This document shows, in pieces, positions 1-14,510 of a stretch of 64,000 bases of DNA (positions are counted from its first letter, which is position 1; each line of letters starts with the position of its first letter). The DNA is taken from positions 672,001 to 736,000 of the forward strand of contig CAWGJT010000006.1 of assembly GCA_963822965.1 (NCBI GenBank), read 5' to 3'. The notes beneath the pieces are model-generated. The model was given only the letters and a program-made list of their open reading frames with translations. It had not been told where the DNA came from and searched no databases. Both the position numbers and the translations under genes were made by a program. Source of the stretch: an uncultured delta proteobacterium (GTDB lineage: Bacteria; Myxococcota_A; UBA9160; UBA4427).

Positions 1-3633
<3,633 letters not shown>

Positions 3634-3644
<11 letters not shown>

Positions 3645-4713
3645 CGGCTTCCTCCATCAGCCGGCCCAGGGTCGCCGACGCCAGGTTGTGGACGTCCATG
3701 TCATGGTCTTCCGGCAGCACCTCGTAGTACTTCAGCTGCCCCGCGATTCGGGCCATGATGACCGAGAAGCGGAAGGCGGCGAAGATCTCGTAGTAGGCGA
3801 GATGCCGGGCCTCGCGGCCGGCGAGCGCCTCCCACCGCGCCACGGTCTCGACCGCGGCGGGGAAGCCCTTTGCCCGGGACAGCCCGATGCCCTCGCTGAA
3901 GGCCCGATCCAGGGTGATCCACCAGGCGAGGTCGGCGACCGGGTTGCCCAGGAACACCATCTCCCAGTCGATCACGGCGACGCAGCGGAGGTCGCGGAAG
4001 ATCTGGTTCGCGAGGCGCGAGTCGCCCCAGCAGATGCCGACGGGCTCGTCCGTCGGCGCGTTCGCCTGCAGCCAGGCCAGGCTGCGCTCGACCCCGGGCA
4101 GACGCTCGCGGCGGCAGCCCCAGTCCAGGAAGTGGTCGTAGTAGGCGAGCTGCTCCTCGAGGGGCGTACGTCCGGCCGGAGGTCGCGGGACGAACGAGAA
4201 GACCGCGGGATCGGGATCGACGCGGTGCACGCGGGCCATGGCCTCGAGACCACTCCACCAGAGCTGCCCGCGCTGGTCCGGCTCGAGCTCGAACACCCAC
4301 CCGGCCTGGTGATAGGGCGGCGTATCGGTGGGCACGACGCCCTCCATGCGGTCCATCACGTAGAAGCGGGAGCCGAGGACGGCGGGATCCTCCTCGAGCC
4401 AGCGCATGCGCGGCACCGGCACGTCGTGGGCGGCCATCTCCCGCATCATGCGGAACTGCAGCGGCGCGTCGTAGCTCGGGAACACCGGGAACGCTCCGAC
4501 GGGCTCGATGCGCGCGACCAGCGCTTCGCGAACGACCTGCCCGTCCCGGCGGAACGAGAGATCGAACATCAGTGTGTCGCTCGAGAAGCCCGTGTCCCGG
4601 GGCCCGCGCAGCTCGGCGATGGAGAAGTCGCGGCCCTCGGGAATCACGCGCGCGAACCACTCGACCAGGGTCTTGCGGGTGGCGTCCAGGTCGCGCTCGA
4701 GGGGCTGGGGCAT
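3634..4713 (-). CDS. Phosphotransferase family protein (APH/ACAD10-like)
   Basis: GFSSDT, FYVMDRMEG, CWGDSRLANQIF, VIDWEM. Confidence 0.85.
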
Positions 4714-4761
4714 GATGGCTCCGTCGGGGAGGGCGGAACATGGCACCCGACGACCCGGCGA

Positions 4762-5733
4762 TCAAGCAGCCGAGGCCACCCGCAATGAAGGTGCTTCAGC
4801 GGCGCCCCGGCTCGTAGCGCGCGGACCTCTCCCCGTTCCCGGCTCCTCCGTCGCGGCTTCCGGTGCCATGGGCAGGAGCGCCACCGCCCGCAACGGCCCG
4901 CCGGTGCCCGCGCGAATCTTCATGGGCAGCGCCACCACGTCGAAGCCGCGCGGCGGCAGGGACTCGAGGTTCGCGAGGTTCTCGAACGCCGGCACGTCGG
5001 CCGCGAAGAGGATCCGGTGGCTCCGGAAGTCCCGGGACGGGCCGTGGTCGATGCTGGCCGTATCGAGGCCGACGGCGTGGATGCGCCGCTCGGCCAGCAG
5101 CCAGCGCGCGGCCTCGGGATGCAGCCCGGGAAAGTGGAGCTTCGCGACCGCCTGCGGACCGTGCTCCGCCGTACCCAGGTAGCGCTCCCGATCGGGCCAG
5201 AAGCGACCGAAGCCCGTCCGCAGCAGCACGATGGCGCCGTCCGGGATGCGGCCGTGTGCGGACTCGAAGGCGCGCAGGTCGTCGACGGAGACCTGGTGGT
5301 CGCGGTCCCGGGCGCAGGCAGCGGACACGTCGACGAGCACGGCGGGGCCCACGAGCTGCTCGAGGGGGATCTCGTCCAACGCACGGTGCCCCTCGGCGAA
5401 GTGGGAGGGCGCGTCGATGTGGGTGCCGCCGTGCTCGGCGGTGCGGAACCGGTTGGCCGCGTACCAGTAGCCCCCCTCGGCGAGCCCAGCGGACTCCCGT
5501 TCGAGCACGAAGCCCTCCTCGGTGGGCCAGAAGATGGTGTCCGCGTCATAGGCATGGGACAGGTCGACGAGGACATAGGCATGGGACACGTCGACGAGGA
5601 CAGAGCCGTGGGACAGGTCGACGAGGGGGCGCCCCGCCAGGGCGCCGGCCTCCTGCGCCCCGACCCGGGACGCGAGCCCCAGCCCGAGGACGAGCGCCGC
5701 GGCCACGAGCCGAAAATGGGGAGGGGCCGACAT
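4762..5733 (-). CDS. Secreted cyclase-family (kynurenine formamidase-like) metallohydrolase
   Basis: EHGGTHIDAPSHF, GLDTASID, FENLANL, GGPLRAVA; signal peptide. Confidence 0.85.
   Translation of the reverse strand: MSAPPHFRLVAAALVLGLGLASRVGAQEAGALAGRPLVDLSHGSVLVDVSHAYVLVDLSHAYDADTIFWPTEEGFVLERESAGLAEGGYWYAANRFRTAEHGGTHIDAPSHFAEGHRALDEIPLEQLVGPAVLVDVSAACARDRDHQVSVDDLRAFESAHGRIPDGAIVLLRTGFGRFWPDRERYLGTAEHGPQAVAKLHFPGLHPEAARWLLAERRIHAVGLDTASIDHGPSRDFRSHRILFAADVPAFENLANLESLPPRGFDVVALPMKIRAGTGGPLRAVALLPMAPEAATEEPGTGRGPRATSRGAAEAPSLRVASAA
5547..5626. repeat. 27-bp tandem repeat x3 inside the cyclase gene
   Basis: CATAGGCATGGGACA(G/C)GTCGACGAGGA units encode LVDLSHG/VLVDVSHAY/VLVDLSHAY. Confidence 0.9.
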
Positions 5734-5851
5734 GAGGACCTCCTGGGATCGGCGAGGGACCCGTCGAGCATAGGCGAAAGCGGGGTTACCCTGAAGCCGA
5801 ACGTCCGCGGCCCGCCGGACGGGACGGACTTGCAGAGCGGAAGGAGATTCC

Positions 5852-6925
5852 ATGCGCGACCTCGCCGTGGTCGATGCCGACGGTCACGTCTTCGAGCCCG
5901 ACTGGATCTGGGAGCGCTACCTGGAGCCGCGCTTCGTCGCGCGCCGACCCCGCCTCGTGCGCGACGAGCGCGGCACGACCCGCTATCAGCTCGAGGGCCT
6001 CACCATCCCGCAAGGCACCGGACGCGGCGCCTGGGCGCCCGAGGGCATCATGGAGGCGTCCCTGCACCGCGAGGGAGGCGTCGACCCGAAGGCCCGGCTC
6101 GTGGACATGGACACGGAGGGCATCGAGACCGCGGTGCTCTTCGGCACCTTCGGCATGGCGCTCTGGCTGCCGCCGGACCCCGAGCTCGGCACCGCCCTGT
6201 GTCGCGCCTACAACGACTGGATGGCCGACTACTGCGGCACGGACCGGTCCCGCCTGAAGGCGACCGCCGCCCTGCCCCTGCGTTCGATCCCGGACAGCGT
6301 CGCCGAGGGGCGGCGCGCCGTGAGCGAGCTCGGCTGCGTGGCGCTCACCCTGCCGGTCAACATCCTGGGCCACAACCCCGACGACCCCGAGATCTTCCCC
6401 CTCTACGAGATGGCCCAGGAGCTCGACGTGCCCATCGCGTTCCACGCCGGCGGCGGTCGATTCGCCGAGGACCGCTTCACGGACGCCTACGCGACCGCGC
6501 ACACGGTGTGCTTCCCGATGGACATCCTCTTCGGGCTCACGACGGTTCTGTGCGGGGGCGTGCTGGAGCGCTTTCCGCGCCTCCGCGTCGCGCTGCTCGA
6601 GGCGGGCTGCGGCTTCCTCCCCTACTACCTGGAGCGCCTCGACGAGCACTTCGAGAAGCGGGGCCACGAGATGCCCATCACCCGCAGGCCGAGCGAGACC
6701 TTCGCCGAGGGACGCTGCCTCCTCTCGTGCGAGCCCGAGGAGAAGACCCTCGCCTTCGTCGCCGCCCGCGTCGGCGCCGACAAGATCCTCTACGCTTCCG
6801 ACTACCCGCACTGGGATTGCGAGTTCCCGGACTCGGTACGCGCCATCGCCGAGCGGGACGAGCTGACGGACGACGTCAAGCGCGCGATCCTGTGCGACAA
6901 CGCGCGCCGCCTCTTTCGCCTCTGA
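5852..6925 (+). CDS. Amidohydrolase_2 family protein
   Basis: VVDADGHVFEP, RAYNDW, FPRLRVALLEAG, YASDYPHWD. Confidence 0.9.
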   Translation: MRDLAVVDADGHVFEPDWIWERYLEPRFVARRPRLVRDERGTTRYQLEGLTIPQGTGRGAWAPEGIMEASLHREGGVDPKARLVDMDTEGIETAVLFGTFGMALWLPPDPELGTALCRAYNDWMADYCGTDRSRLKATAALPLRSIPDSVAEGRRAVSELGCVALTLPVNILGHNPDDPEIFPLYEMAQELDVPIAFHAGGGRFAEDRFTDAYATAHTVCFPMDILFGLTTVLCGGVLERFPRLRVALLEAGCGFLPYYLERLDEHFEKRGHEMPITRRPSETFAEGRCLLSCEPEEKTLAFVAARVGADKILYASDYPHWDCEFPDSVRAIAERDELTDDVKRAILCDNARRLFRL

Positions 6926-6986
6926 ATTCGCCCGCGAACCCGGTCTCGCTTCCGAGCGGGCCCACCAAACCGACAAAGGAATCGAA

Positions 6987-7469
6987 ATGGCAACCAAGGC
7001 CGAAGCCGCCCTCGCGATCTTCAAGAAGAACATCGGCAGTGAAGAAGGAGTGGGCGAGTGGTTCACCGTCACGCAGGAGCAGATCAACCTCTTCGCGGAC
7101 GCCACGCTCGATCACCAGTTCATCCACATCGACCCCGAGAAGTCCGCGAAGCTCTCCCCCTACAAGGTGACGATCGCCCACGGCTTCCTCACGCTCTCGC
7201 TGATCGTGCACCTCGGCGCGAGCATCCCCCGCACGAGTCCCGAGGCCCACGACGGCGTCGTGATGGGGGTGAACTACGGCCTCGACAAGGTGCGGTTCCC
7301 GAACCCCGTCAAGGTGAATGCGAGGATCCGCGCGCGCCGCTCCCTCGCCGAGGCGGAGCTGAAGAATCCGAACACGATCCAGCTCAAGCAGATCGTGACC
7401 GTGGAGATCGAGGGCGAGGACAAGCCCGGCTGCGTCGCCGAGTCGCTCACGCGGCTGATCTACAGCTGA
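6987..7469 (+). CDS. MaoC-family dehydratase
   Basis: FADATLDHQFIHID, TIAHGFLTLSL, NYGLDKVRFP. Confidence 0.9.
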   Translation: MATKAEAALAIFKKNIGSEEGVGEWFTVTQEQINLFADATLDHQFIHIDPEKSAKLSPYKVTIAHGFLTLSLIVHLGASIPRTSPEAHDGVVMGVNYGLDKVRFPNPVKVNARIRARRSLAEAELKNPNTIQLKQIVTVEIEGEDKPGCVAESLTRLIYS

Positions 7470-7532
7470 AGGCGGGCTCCCCCTCCCCGAGGCCCCCGGC
7501 GGGTCGGGGGAGGGACGTGTCGCGGAAGAGGA

Positions 7533-8384
7533 TCAGGGAAGGCCGGCGCCGGGAACGTCGACCGTCACGGTCTCGATGCGCCCGGTCCGGTCGCCCGTCT
7601 TCGCGGGGTCGGAATCCGCCGCGGTGCACAGGAAGAGCGTGCGGCGCTCGGGTCCACCGAGCATGCACGCGAAGGCCTGATGCTCCACGTCGATGCGGTC
7701 GCTGACCTCGCCGCCCTCCCGCACCCGCAGGACGCCGCGGCTCACCGGAGAAGCCACCCAGATCGCGCCCTCGGCGTCGAGGCAGATGCCGTCGGGCACC
7801 GCCCCCTCGAGCCGGGCCCACTCGCGGCGGCCGGAGAGCGAGCCGTCGGGAGCGACGTCGAAGGCGGTCAGACAGGCGCCGAAGCTCTCGCCCACCACGA
7901 GCGTGCGCCCGTCGGGGGTGATCACGGTGCCGTTGGGAAAGCGCAGCTCCGTCGCCGCGACCCGGGTGCGTCCGTCGGGGTCGACGAGGATCAGGTTCGT
8001 GGCGACGGGCTTCTCCCCGGCGTGCAGGTCGAAGCCGAAGTTGCCCACGTAGGCGCGCCCCTGTCCGTCCACCACCATGTCGTTGCAGTGGAAGGACGCC
8101 AGGCTCCCCAGATCGGCCACCTCGACCAGGCCCTCGGGATCGAGGCGCAGCAGCCGGCGGTCCCGCATCGAGACGACGAGGAGCCGCCCGTCCGGGAGCC
8201 AACCCAGGCCCGAAGGATCTCCCGACACCTCGACCACGACCTCGGAGCGGCCCTCCAGGTCGACGGCGATCACCTGGCGCGCGTGCATGTCCGAGAACCA
8301 CAGGCGTCCTTCGTGCCAGCGCGGGCCTTCGGGGAAGCGAAGCCCGTCCAGCAGGATCCGGGTTCCGGTGGTGGAATCGTCCAT
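7533..8384 (-). CDS. SMP-30/gluconolactonase family protein
   Basis: FPEGPRWHEG, CNDMVVD, FPNG, PDGICLD. Confidence 0.9.
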   Translation of the reverse strand: MDDSTTGTRILLDGLRFPEGPRWHEGRLWFSDMHARQVIAVDLEGRSEVVVEVSGDPSGLGWLPDGRLLVVSMRDRRLLRLDPEGLVEVADLGSLASFHCNDMVVDGQGRAYVGNFGFDLHAGEKPVATNLILVDPDGRTRVAATELRFPNGTVITPDGRTLVVGESFGACLTAFDVAPDGSLSGRREWARLEGAVPDGICLDAEGAIWVASPVSRGVLRVREGGEVSDRIDVEHQAFACMLGGPERRTLFLCTAADSDPAKTGDRTGRIETVTVDVPGAGLP

Positions 8385-8396
8385 GCTCTCCTCCGT

Positions 8397-8423
8397 GACT
8401 CGAGGGACTCGAGGGACTCGAGG
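8397..8423. repeat. 9-bp tandem repeat x3 (GACTCGAGG)
   Basis: Directly visible just upstream of the gluconolactonase RBS. Confidence 0.85.
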
Positions 8424-8593
8424 GGCGGCGCGGCCCGTCCCATCCCCGAGGCCGTCGACGGGGTCGCCACCGCTTCGGGCGAGCGCGGTCGCGCGGCTTC
8501 GCCCATCATGCCGGACCGCTCACACCCGGAGCTCCCGTCCCCCAACGTAGCAGTCGATGGGTCGAGCCCGGCGCCGGTTCGAGGCGAGCCTGC

Positions 8594-9277
8594 ATGACCC
8601 GACCCTGGCAGACGATCGATACGCGAGACACCCGGGACGGCGTCTTCGAGCTGAGGCGGCGCGGCGACGACGACTTCCTGATCTGCCTCGACGGCCGCAT
8701 CCTGATGAACAGCCGGGAGAGCCGATCCGAGGAGGCCCTCGGCGCCTGGGCCGCGCAGACCGTGTCGGGACACGCCGCCCCACGCGTGCTGGTGGCGGGC
8801 CTCGGCATGGGGATCACCCTGCGAGCAGCCCTGGACGACCTGCCCCCGAAGGCCGTCGTGGTCGTCTGCGAGCTCCACGCGCACGTGCGCGACTGGTGCG
8901 CGGGCCCGCTGCGGGAGCGGTGTGGTGGCGCCCTCGAGGACCCGAGGGTCCAGGTCCGCATCGGCGACGTCCGGGACGCCATCGCGGCGGCCGCCGCCGA
9001 TCCGCAGCACCGCTTCGACGCCATCGCGCTCGATCTCTACGAGGGCGCGCGCCCGGGCCCGGGACGCGGAGCGAGCGACCCGTTCTTCGGCGACGCCGCT
9101 CTGGCCCGGACCCACGCGGCCCTCGCCCGCGGCGGCATCCTGGCGCGTTGGACCGAGCATCCGGACGACGACTTCGAGCGCCGGCTCGAGCGGGCGGGCT
9201 TCGAGGTCGAGCGGCGGCGGATCCGGGGCGGCGGCGGACGCCGGCACATCCTGGTGGGCGCCCGCCGCCGGACCTGA
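8594..9277 (+). CDS. Spermidine-synthase-like SAM-binding protein
   Basis: ILMNS, SEEAL, VLVAGLGMGITLRAAL, FDAIALDLYEG. Confidence 0.8.
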   Translation: MTRPWQTIDTRDTRDGVFELRRRGDDDFLICLDGRILMNSRESRSEEALGAWAAQTVSGHAAPRVLVAGLGMGITLRAALDDLPPKAVVVVCELHAHVRDWCAGPLRERCGGALEDPRVQVRIGDVRDAIAAAAADPQHRFDAIALDLYEGARPGPGRGASDPFFGDAALARTHAALARGGILARWTEHPDDDFERRLERAGFEVERRRIRGGGGRRHILVGARRRT

Positions 9278-9309
9278 AGCCTCGGGGCGCCCGAAGGCCG
9301 CGCGAACCT

Positions 9310-10782
9310 TCAGTCGAGGTGCAGCTCGCCCGCGCGGACCCGCCCCTCGCGACCGCAGAGCTCCTCGTGCGCGACCGAGCTCACGAGATCGGGATCCGTG
9401 CAGGTCGCCCAGGCCCGGGCGTCGTCGGGCGTTCGGCACGCGCACAGCAGCGACGGCCCCACTTCGCCCCGGGACGGCATCACCGCGAACGTCTCGACGC
9501 GGGCGCGACCTTCGTACTCGCGCCGGCAGGGACGCGTGGGCAGAAGCGCCGCCTCCTCATCGAGACACGCGTGCAAGAAGCCGGCGTCGCGCGGCTCGCT
9601 GCCGTAGACGCCGAAGGCGTGCTTGGCCATGTAGCCTCCCACGGACGAGACGAAGCCCCGGGTGCCCGGCGCGCTCCGCAGCCGACCCATCAGGGTCGCG
9701 ATGGCGTGCAGCACGTAGCTGTTGAAGGGTCCGCCCGCAAACGTCAGCCCGCCGGTCACCGTGAGCTCGCGCTCGAGATCGAAGCCGATCTCCGCCGCGG
9801 CGATCTGCACCGCCGACGGGAAGCACGAATAGAGGTCCACGTGCGCAAAGTCGCCGGGTGCGGCTTCGGCGAGCTCGAGGACGCGCCGGCCCGCCAGGCG
9901 CATGGCCGCCTCCTCGTCGAAGCTCGGGCGTTCCGGCACCGCGGCGGTGCGCATCGCGTCCGTGGCCGCCTGCGGGAACACCCAGCGCTCTTCCGGGACG
10001 CCCAGGCGCCGGGCCGTCTCGAGCGAGCACAGGAGCACCGCCGCGGCCTGGTCGACCACCATGTTCGCGACCATCCGCTTCGTGTACGGGTAGCCGAGCA
10101 TGCGGTTGTCGGCGGTGACACCTTCGATGGCCTCCGCCGAGGGTGCGTCGCGGATCCACGCGTACGGATTGCGGGCGGCGACCCGCGCGAACCCCGCCTG
10201 CAGCCGGGCGATGCGCTTGCGGTGGGCGGCCGGCGCCTCGCCGCTCCGGAAGCGCAGCGCGTTCTCGTAGAGGGAGAAGGCCTGGATCGGGCGCGCGCGG
10301 TAGCGCAGCTCCCACCAGCCGAAGCCCGGGTCGTGCGTACCGAAGCGCTCGTCGGGCTCGCCGGCGGTCTGCTCGGTCCAGGCGAGCGCGAGACCGGCTC
10401 GCTTCGCGCGTCGGGCGCTGTGCTCGGCCTCGCCTCCCACCACCAGCACGGCCCGTCTCCGTCCGCCCATCACCTCCAGCGCCGCCCGCGACAGCATCCA
10501 CTGCACCGTGCTTCCGCTGATGGGTCCCAGGCCGCTGCGGGCGGCGGGCGCCCCCAGGCGCTCGGCCAGCAGGGCACCGGGGTTCGCGTAGCGCCACAGG
10601 CCCTGGGGCACCCAGATCGAGTCGAGCGCGCCAAGCAGCTCTCGGGAGCCGGCGTCGTCTGCGGCGGCCTCGGCGGCTCGCTGCATCAGCCGCAGGGGCT
10701 CGTCGGCGGTGGTCGGGTCGTCGGCGCGCTGGACGATCTGTCCGGCGCCCACCAGGACGGGTGTCCGCGGATCGAGGGGCAA
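9310..10782 (-). CDS. Thiolase-like acetyl-CoA acetyltransferase family protein
   Basis: DPRTPVLVGAGQ, NRMLGYPYTK, DLYSCFPSAVQ, LTVTGGLTFAGGP; TTG start after CAGGAG. Confidence 0.85.
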   Translation of the reverse strand: MPLDPRTPVLVGAGQIVQRADDPTTADEPLRLMQRAAEAAADDAGSRELLGALDSIWVPQGLWRYANPGALLAERLGAPAARSGLGPISGSTVQWMLSRAALEVMGGRRRAVLVVGGEAEHSARRAKRAGLALAWTEQTAGEPDERFGTHDPGFGWWELRYRARPIQAFSLYENALRFRSGEAPAAHRKRIARLQAGFARVAARNPYAWIRDAPSAEAIEGVTADNRMLGYPYTKRMVANMVVDQAAAVLLCSLETARRLGVPEERWVFPQAATDAMRTAAVPERPSFDEEAAMRLAGRRVLELAEAAPGDFAHVDLYSCFPSAVQIAAAEIGFDLERELTVTGGLTFAGGPFNSYVLHAIATLMGRLRSAPGTRGFVSSVGGYMAKHAFGVYGSEPRDAGFLHACLDEEAALLPTRPCRREYEGRARVETFAVMPSRGEVGPSLLCACRTPDDARAWATCTDPDLVSSVAHEELCGREGRVRAGELHLD

Positions 10783-10857
10783 GCGGCTCTCCTGCAGCAG
10801 GCTCGCGGGAGCGCGCAGGATAACCATCGCGGGAGCGGGGCGCCGCACGCGCTCCGT

Positions 10858-12677
10858 TCAGGCCCGGGAAGAAGGATCCGCGCGCGCCACCCGTCTCGAG
10901 GGGCAGCCGCACCGTGAAGCAGGTGCCCTGCCCGGGCGTCGAGTCCACCTCGATCACGCCGTCGTGCTCGCGCACGATGTCGAAGGCGATGCTCAGGCCC
11001 AGCCCGGTCCCCTCGTCGGGAGCGCGGGTCGTGAAGAACGGATCGAAGACCCGGGAGCGGTTCTCCTCGGCGATGCCGGGACCGTTGTCGCGGACGCGGA
11101 CGACGGCGAAGCGGCCCGTCGACCCCGGTCTCCGCGACGAGCCGCGCCTCGGGAACGCCGCAGAGGGCCTGCTTGCCGTTCAGGAGCAGGTTCAGCAGCA
11201 CCTGCACCAGGCGGTCCGCCGAGCCCCGCACCCCGGGGAGGTCTTGCTCCAGCCGGCTCTCCACCAGAACGTCGTGGTCGCGATGCAGGTCCGCCAGCCG
11301 GATCGACTCGAGGACCAGCTGGTTCAGGTCCACGGGTCCGCTCCCCTCGTCGGGCGAGCGCGAGAGACGGAGCATGCTCTCCACGATGCGGCTGATGCGT
11401 TCGATGCCCTCGAGGCTCTCCCCCAGGATCTCGGGCATCTCGAGCAGATCGTTCGAAGCGCCGTCCGCGTGCCGCGCGATCAGCTTCTCGAGGTCGGGCG
11501 AGAGAGACTGCAGGTGCGCCAGGTTCGCACGCACGAAGGCCAGGGGATTGTTCACCTCGTGGGCCACCCCGGCCGCCAGGATGCCAACGCTCTCGAGCTT
11601 CTGGCGCTCGCGGAGCAGGCGCTCGGTGCGCCGCTGCTCGCTGCGATCGCGCAGGGAGAGGAAGACGCCGGCGGGCTGGGAGCCGTCGGCCCGGACCGAC
11701 GCCGACGTCAGCTCGAAGATTCGCCCGTCTCGCGCCTGGAACTCGGAGTCGAGGTGGCGTCCGCCCGGCTCGAGGAGGGCGATCGCCTCGCCGATCGCAT
11801 GCGCGGCCTCGGGCGTTGCGACGAGCGCCAGCACGTCTTCCAGACGCTGGCCGCGCAGAGCGCGTCGTTCGCTTCCCAGCACGCGCTCGGCGGCCGCGTT
11901 GGCGTCGAGCACGTTGCCTTCGGCGTCCGCGAGCACCAGCGCGTCGTGGAGGTGCTCGAGGACGTCGGCGCGCACGATGGGCTGGGCCTCCAGCACCCCG
12001 TACGCCTCCACGCCGTACACGAAGAGGGCCGCGGTGCCTCCCAGTGCGAGGGGCGCGAGGGAGAACGGAAAGGGCTGCAGGCCCAGGACGTAGATCAGGT
12101 GCGCGGCGCAGGGCGCCACCACCGCCCCCAAGACGATCAGCGGGCGGCGCCTCTCTCCGCGGGTGCGGCCGCGCCACACGGCGATGCCGAGACACGCGAT
12201 CGCCGACGAGGAGAGCACCGCTGCCCAGATCTGGATCGCCCAGTAGACGGGACCGCCCCAGGTGTCTGGATGGGCGCCGTCCAGCGCCGCCTGCAGGTCG
12301 CGGTAGAACGCGTGGTGCCAGGGGTCCGTCAGGTACATCGCGGACAGCATCACCGGCAGACTCGCCAGCACCGTCGAGACGGGTCGTCCCCACGCGAAGG
12401 GCTTCAGCCGTGCGAACTGCCCCATCGTCAGCAGGAACAAGGCACCCATCCAGCAACACGAGAGCTGCTCGGCGTGGAGCCCCAGCAGCCGCCAGAACGG
12501 GTCGGTGGCCGCCATCTTCAACAGCTGCCCGCCCGGCCACGGTGCGATGCTCGCCAGCAGCAGCACCATCATGCGGTGGAGCGGCGAGCGGTTCCAGCGC
12601 ATGAGCACGTAGATCGTGAGCCCCAGGATGATGGGGACCGCGATGGCGCACTGGATGAGCAAGGCACGGGTTTCCAC
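10858..12677 (-). CDS. 7TM-PAS sensor histidine kinase; frameshift near 11110, 3' end uncertain
   Basis: Multiple TM helices, PAS, H-box AGVAHEVNNPL, N-box QVLLNLLLN; G-box region continues in another frame. Confidence 0.85.
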
Positions 12678-12892
12678 GCTCGGCGTATCGGGAGCCCCTA
12701 CAGGGACGTTGAGGGGCCGGGCGGAGCGGTCCCGCACGCCGTGCGGGGAAAACCCGCTCGGCGGCGGCCCGCTCGGCCCGGGACCTGCCGGGGGTCTGCC
12801 GGTCGCCCCGGCGTCCGCCCTCCGGGCGGCTGCCCTACCCTTTCGCTCCGGAACGCGGCCCGCTCCGCCATCCGACGCCGCCTGGAGGGCCC

Positions 12893-13276
12893 ATGGCCCG
12901 CTACAACTACGACCGGCTCTCGGCCCAGGACAACAGCCGCGGCTTCAACTGGCTGAACATGTCCCTCGACCGGGTCAAGGCGGTGCGCCGGGGACTCGCG
13001 TGCTCGGTGAACGACGTGGTCCTCACCGTCGTGACCGGCGCCGTCCGCGAGTTCCTGATGCTTCGCGGCGTCAATCCCGCCCGGATCGACTTCAAGATCT
13101 CCGCCCCGGTCAGCATGCGCAGCGACGAGGAGCCCCGAGCCACCGGCAGGGTCCTTGCGGCGGCGGGGGAAGCCGAAGCCGGGACCGCCTCGACGTCCAC
13201 GGACGCGGCCGAGCCCACGGGGTGGCGGGGCTTTCCGCTCGCGAACGCGCGCCGAGCCGACCCGGCGGGCGCCTGA
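12893..13276 (+). pseudogene. Wax ester synthase/DGAT remnant with large internal and 3' deletions
   Basis: N-terminal MARYNYDRLSAQDNS joined directly to mid-protein VKAVRRGLACSVNDVVL...APVSMR. Confidence 0.7.
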
Positions 13277-13353
13277 AGCCGCTCGCCCCCGGGCTGCCCG
13301 CCATGCCCCCCGACGACTTACGTGTTCACCTCGAACTACCGATCAGGGACGGA

Positions 13354-14469
13354 ATGACGAGCCCCATCGAAAGGCTCCGGGCCGCAGCCAAGCGCTTCGT
13401 CGACCGTGGCACCGAGCGGGCTGTACCCGAGGTCGCGCGCATGATGCGGCGGGCGCGCGGCTTCGGGCTCGTCGCCTTCTCGATCCTCTTCTTGGGCGGC
13501 TTCCTCCTCTCGCTCTGGGCCGGCGTGACCTCCGCGGCCTGGATCTCGGTGGCGGGAATGACCTCGTTCGCGATCTGCCTCCGGTGGATGGCCCGGAGCG
13601 ACGGGCGCCACGTCGAGCTCGCGTCCCACACCGGGCTGGGCCTGTTGCTGGCCGCCATCACCACGGCCTCCCTGGCGGTGGGGGGTGCGACGCCCATCAG
13701 CGTCACCTACCCGACGCTGCTGATCCTGGCCGCGATGTACATGCTCGGGGTTCGCGCGGCGGCCCTCTGGACGGTTCTCTCCATCGTCTCCCTGGCGATC
13801 GTCGTCTTCACGGCGACCCTGCCGCCCCCGGAAGCGGGTGCGGCGCGCAGCTCCCATGCGCTGATCTTCTCGTCCCGGGCCCTGGTCCTCGCCGCCACCT
13901 TCGCGATCGCCTCCCTGGGCAGACGCTTCGAGGATCGTCAGAGCGCACGGCTCGAGTTCCTCGCCCGCCACGACCCCCTGACCGGCCTGGTGAACCGCCG
14001 GGAGTTCGAGGAGCGGCTCCAGCTCGCGCTCGCCCGCTGCCGCCGCTACGACCGCCACCTGGCCCTGCTCTTCATCGACCTCGACGGCTTCAAGCGGGTC
14101 AACGACCGGCACGGGCACGGCGTGGGAGACGACGTGCTGCGCTGGGTGGGCCGGACGATCGAGGAGCGCACGCGCGATACGGACGTGGCGGGCCGCATCG
14201 GCGGAGACGAGTTCCTGGTGCTGCTCGAGGACACGGGCACCGAGAAGGACGCCGGCACCTATGCGCGGCGTCTGCTGGAGCGTCTCGAACGCGCCACGGA
14301 GTCACTGCCCGCGGACGTCACCATCCGAGCCAGCATCGGCGTGGCCGTCTACCCCGAGGACGCCCCGGATGCGGAGGGGCTCACCCGAATCGCGGACGCC
14401 GCCATGTACCGCGCGAAGCGCGCCGGTGGGCATCGCCTGGCCCGCACCACGGGAACCGAGGCGGCCTGA
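13354..14469 (+). CDS. Membrane-bound diguanylate cyclase
   Basis: About 6 TM helices, HDPLTGLVNRR, FIDLDGFKRVND, RxxD I-site, intact GGDEF. Confidence 0.92.
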   Translation: MTSPIERLRAAAKRFVDRGTERAVPEVARMMRRARGFGLVAFSILFLGGFLLSLWAGVTSAAWISVAGMTSFAICLRWMARSDGRHVELASHTGLGLLLAAITTASLAVGGATPISVTYPTLLILAAMYMLGVRAAALWTVLSIVSLAIVVFTATLPPPEAGAARSSHALIFSSRALVLAATFAIASLGRRFEDRQSARLEFLARHDPLTGLVNRREFEERLQLALARCRRYDRHLALLFIDLDGFKRVNDRHGHGVGDDVLRWVGRTIEERTRDTDVAGRIGGDEFLVLLEDTGTEKDAGTYARRLLERLERATESLPADVTIRASIGVAVYPEDAPDAEGLTRIADAAMYRAKRAGGHRLARTTGTEAA

Positions 14470-14510
14470 AGGCCCTTCCGGGAGCCACCCGGCGGGACGA
14501 CGAGTGCGAT

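Noticed and set aside
5766..5774. GAGCATAGG matching the element end
   Set aside because: Only a short match; better explained as the -10 region (TATGCT) of the cyclase gene or chance.
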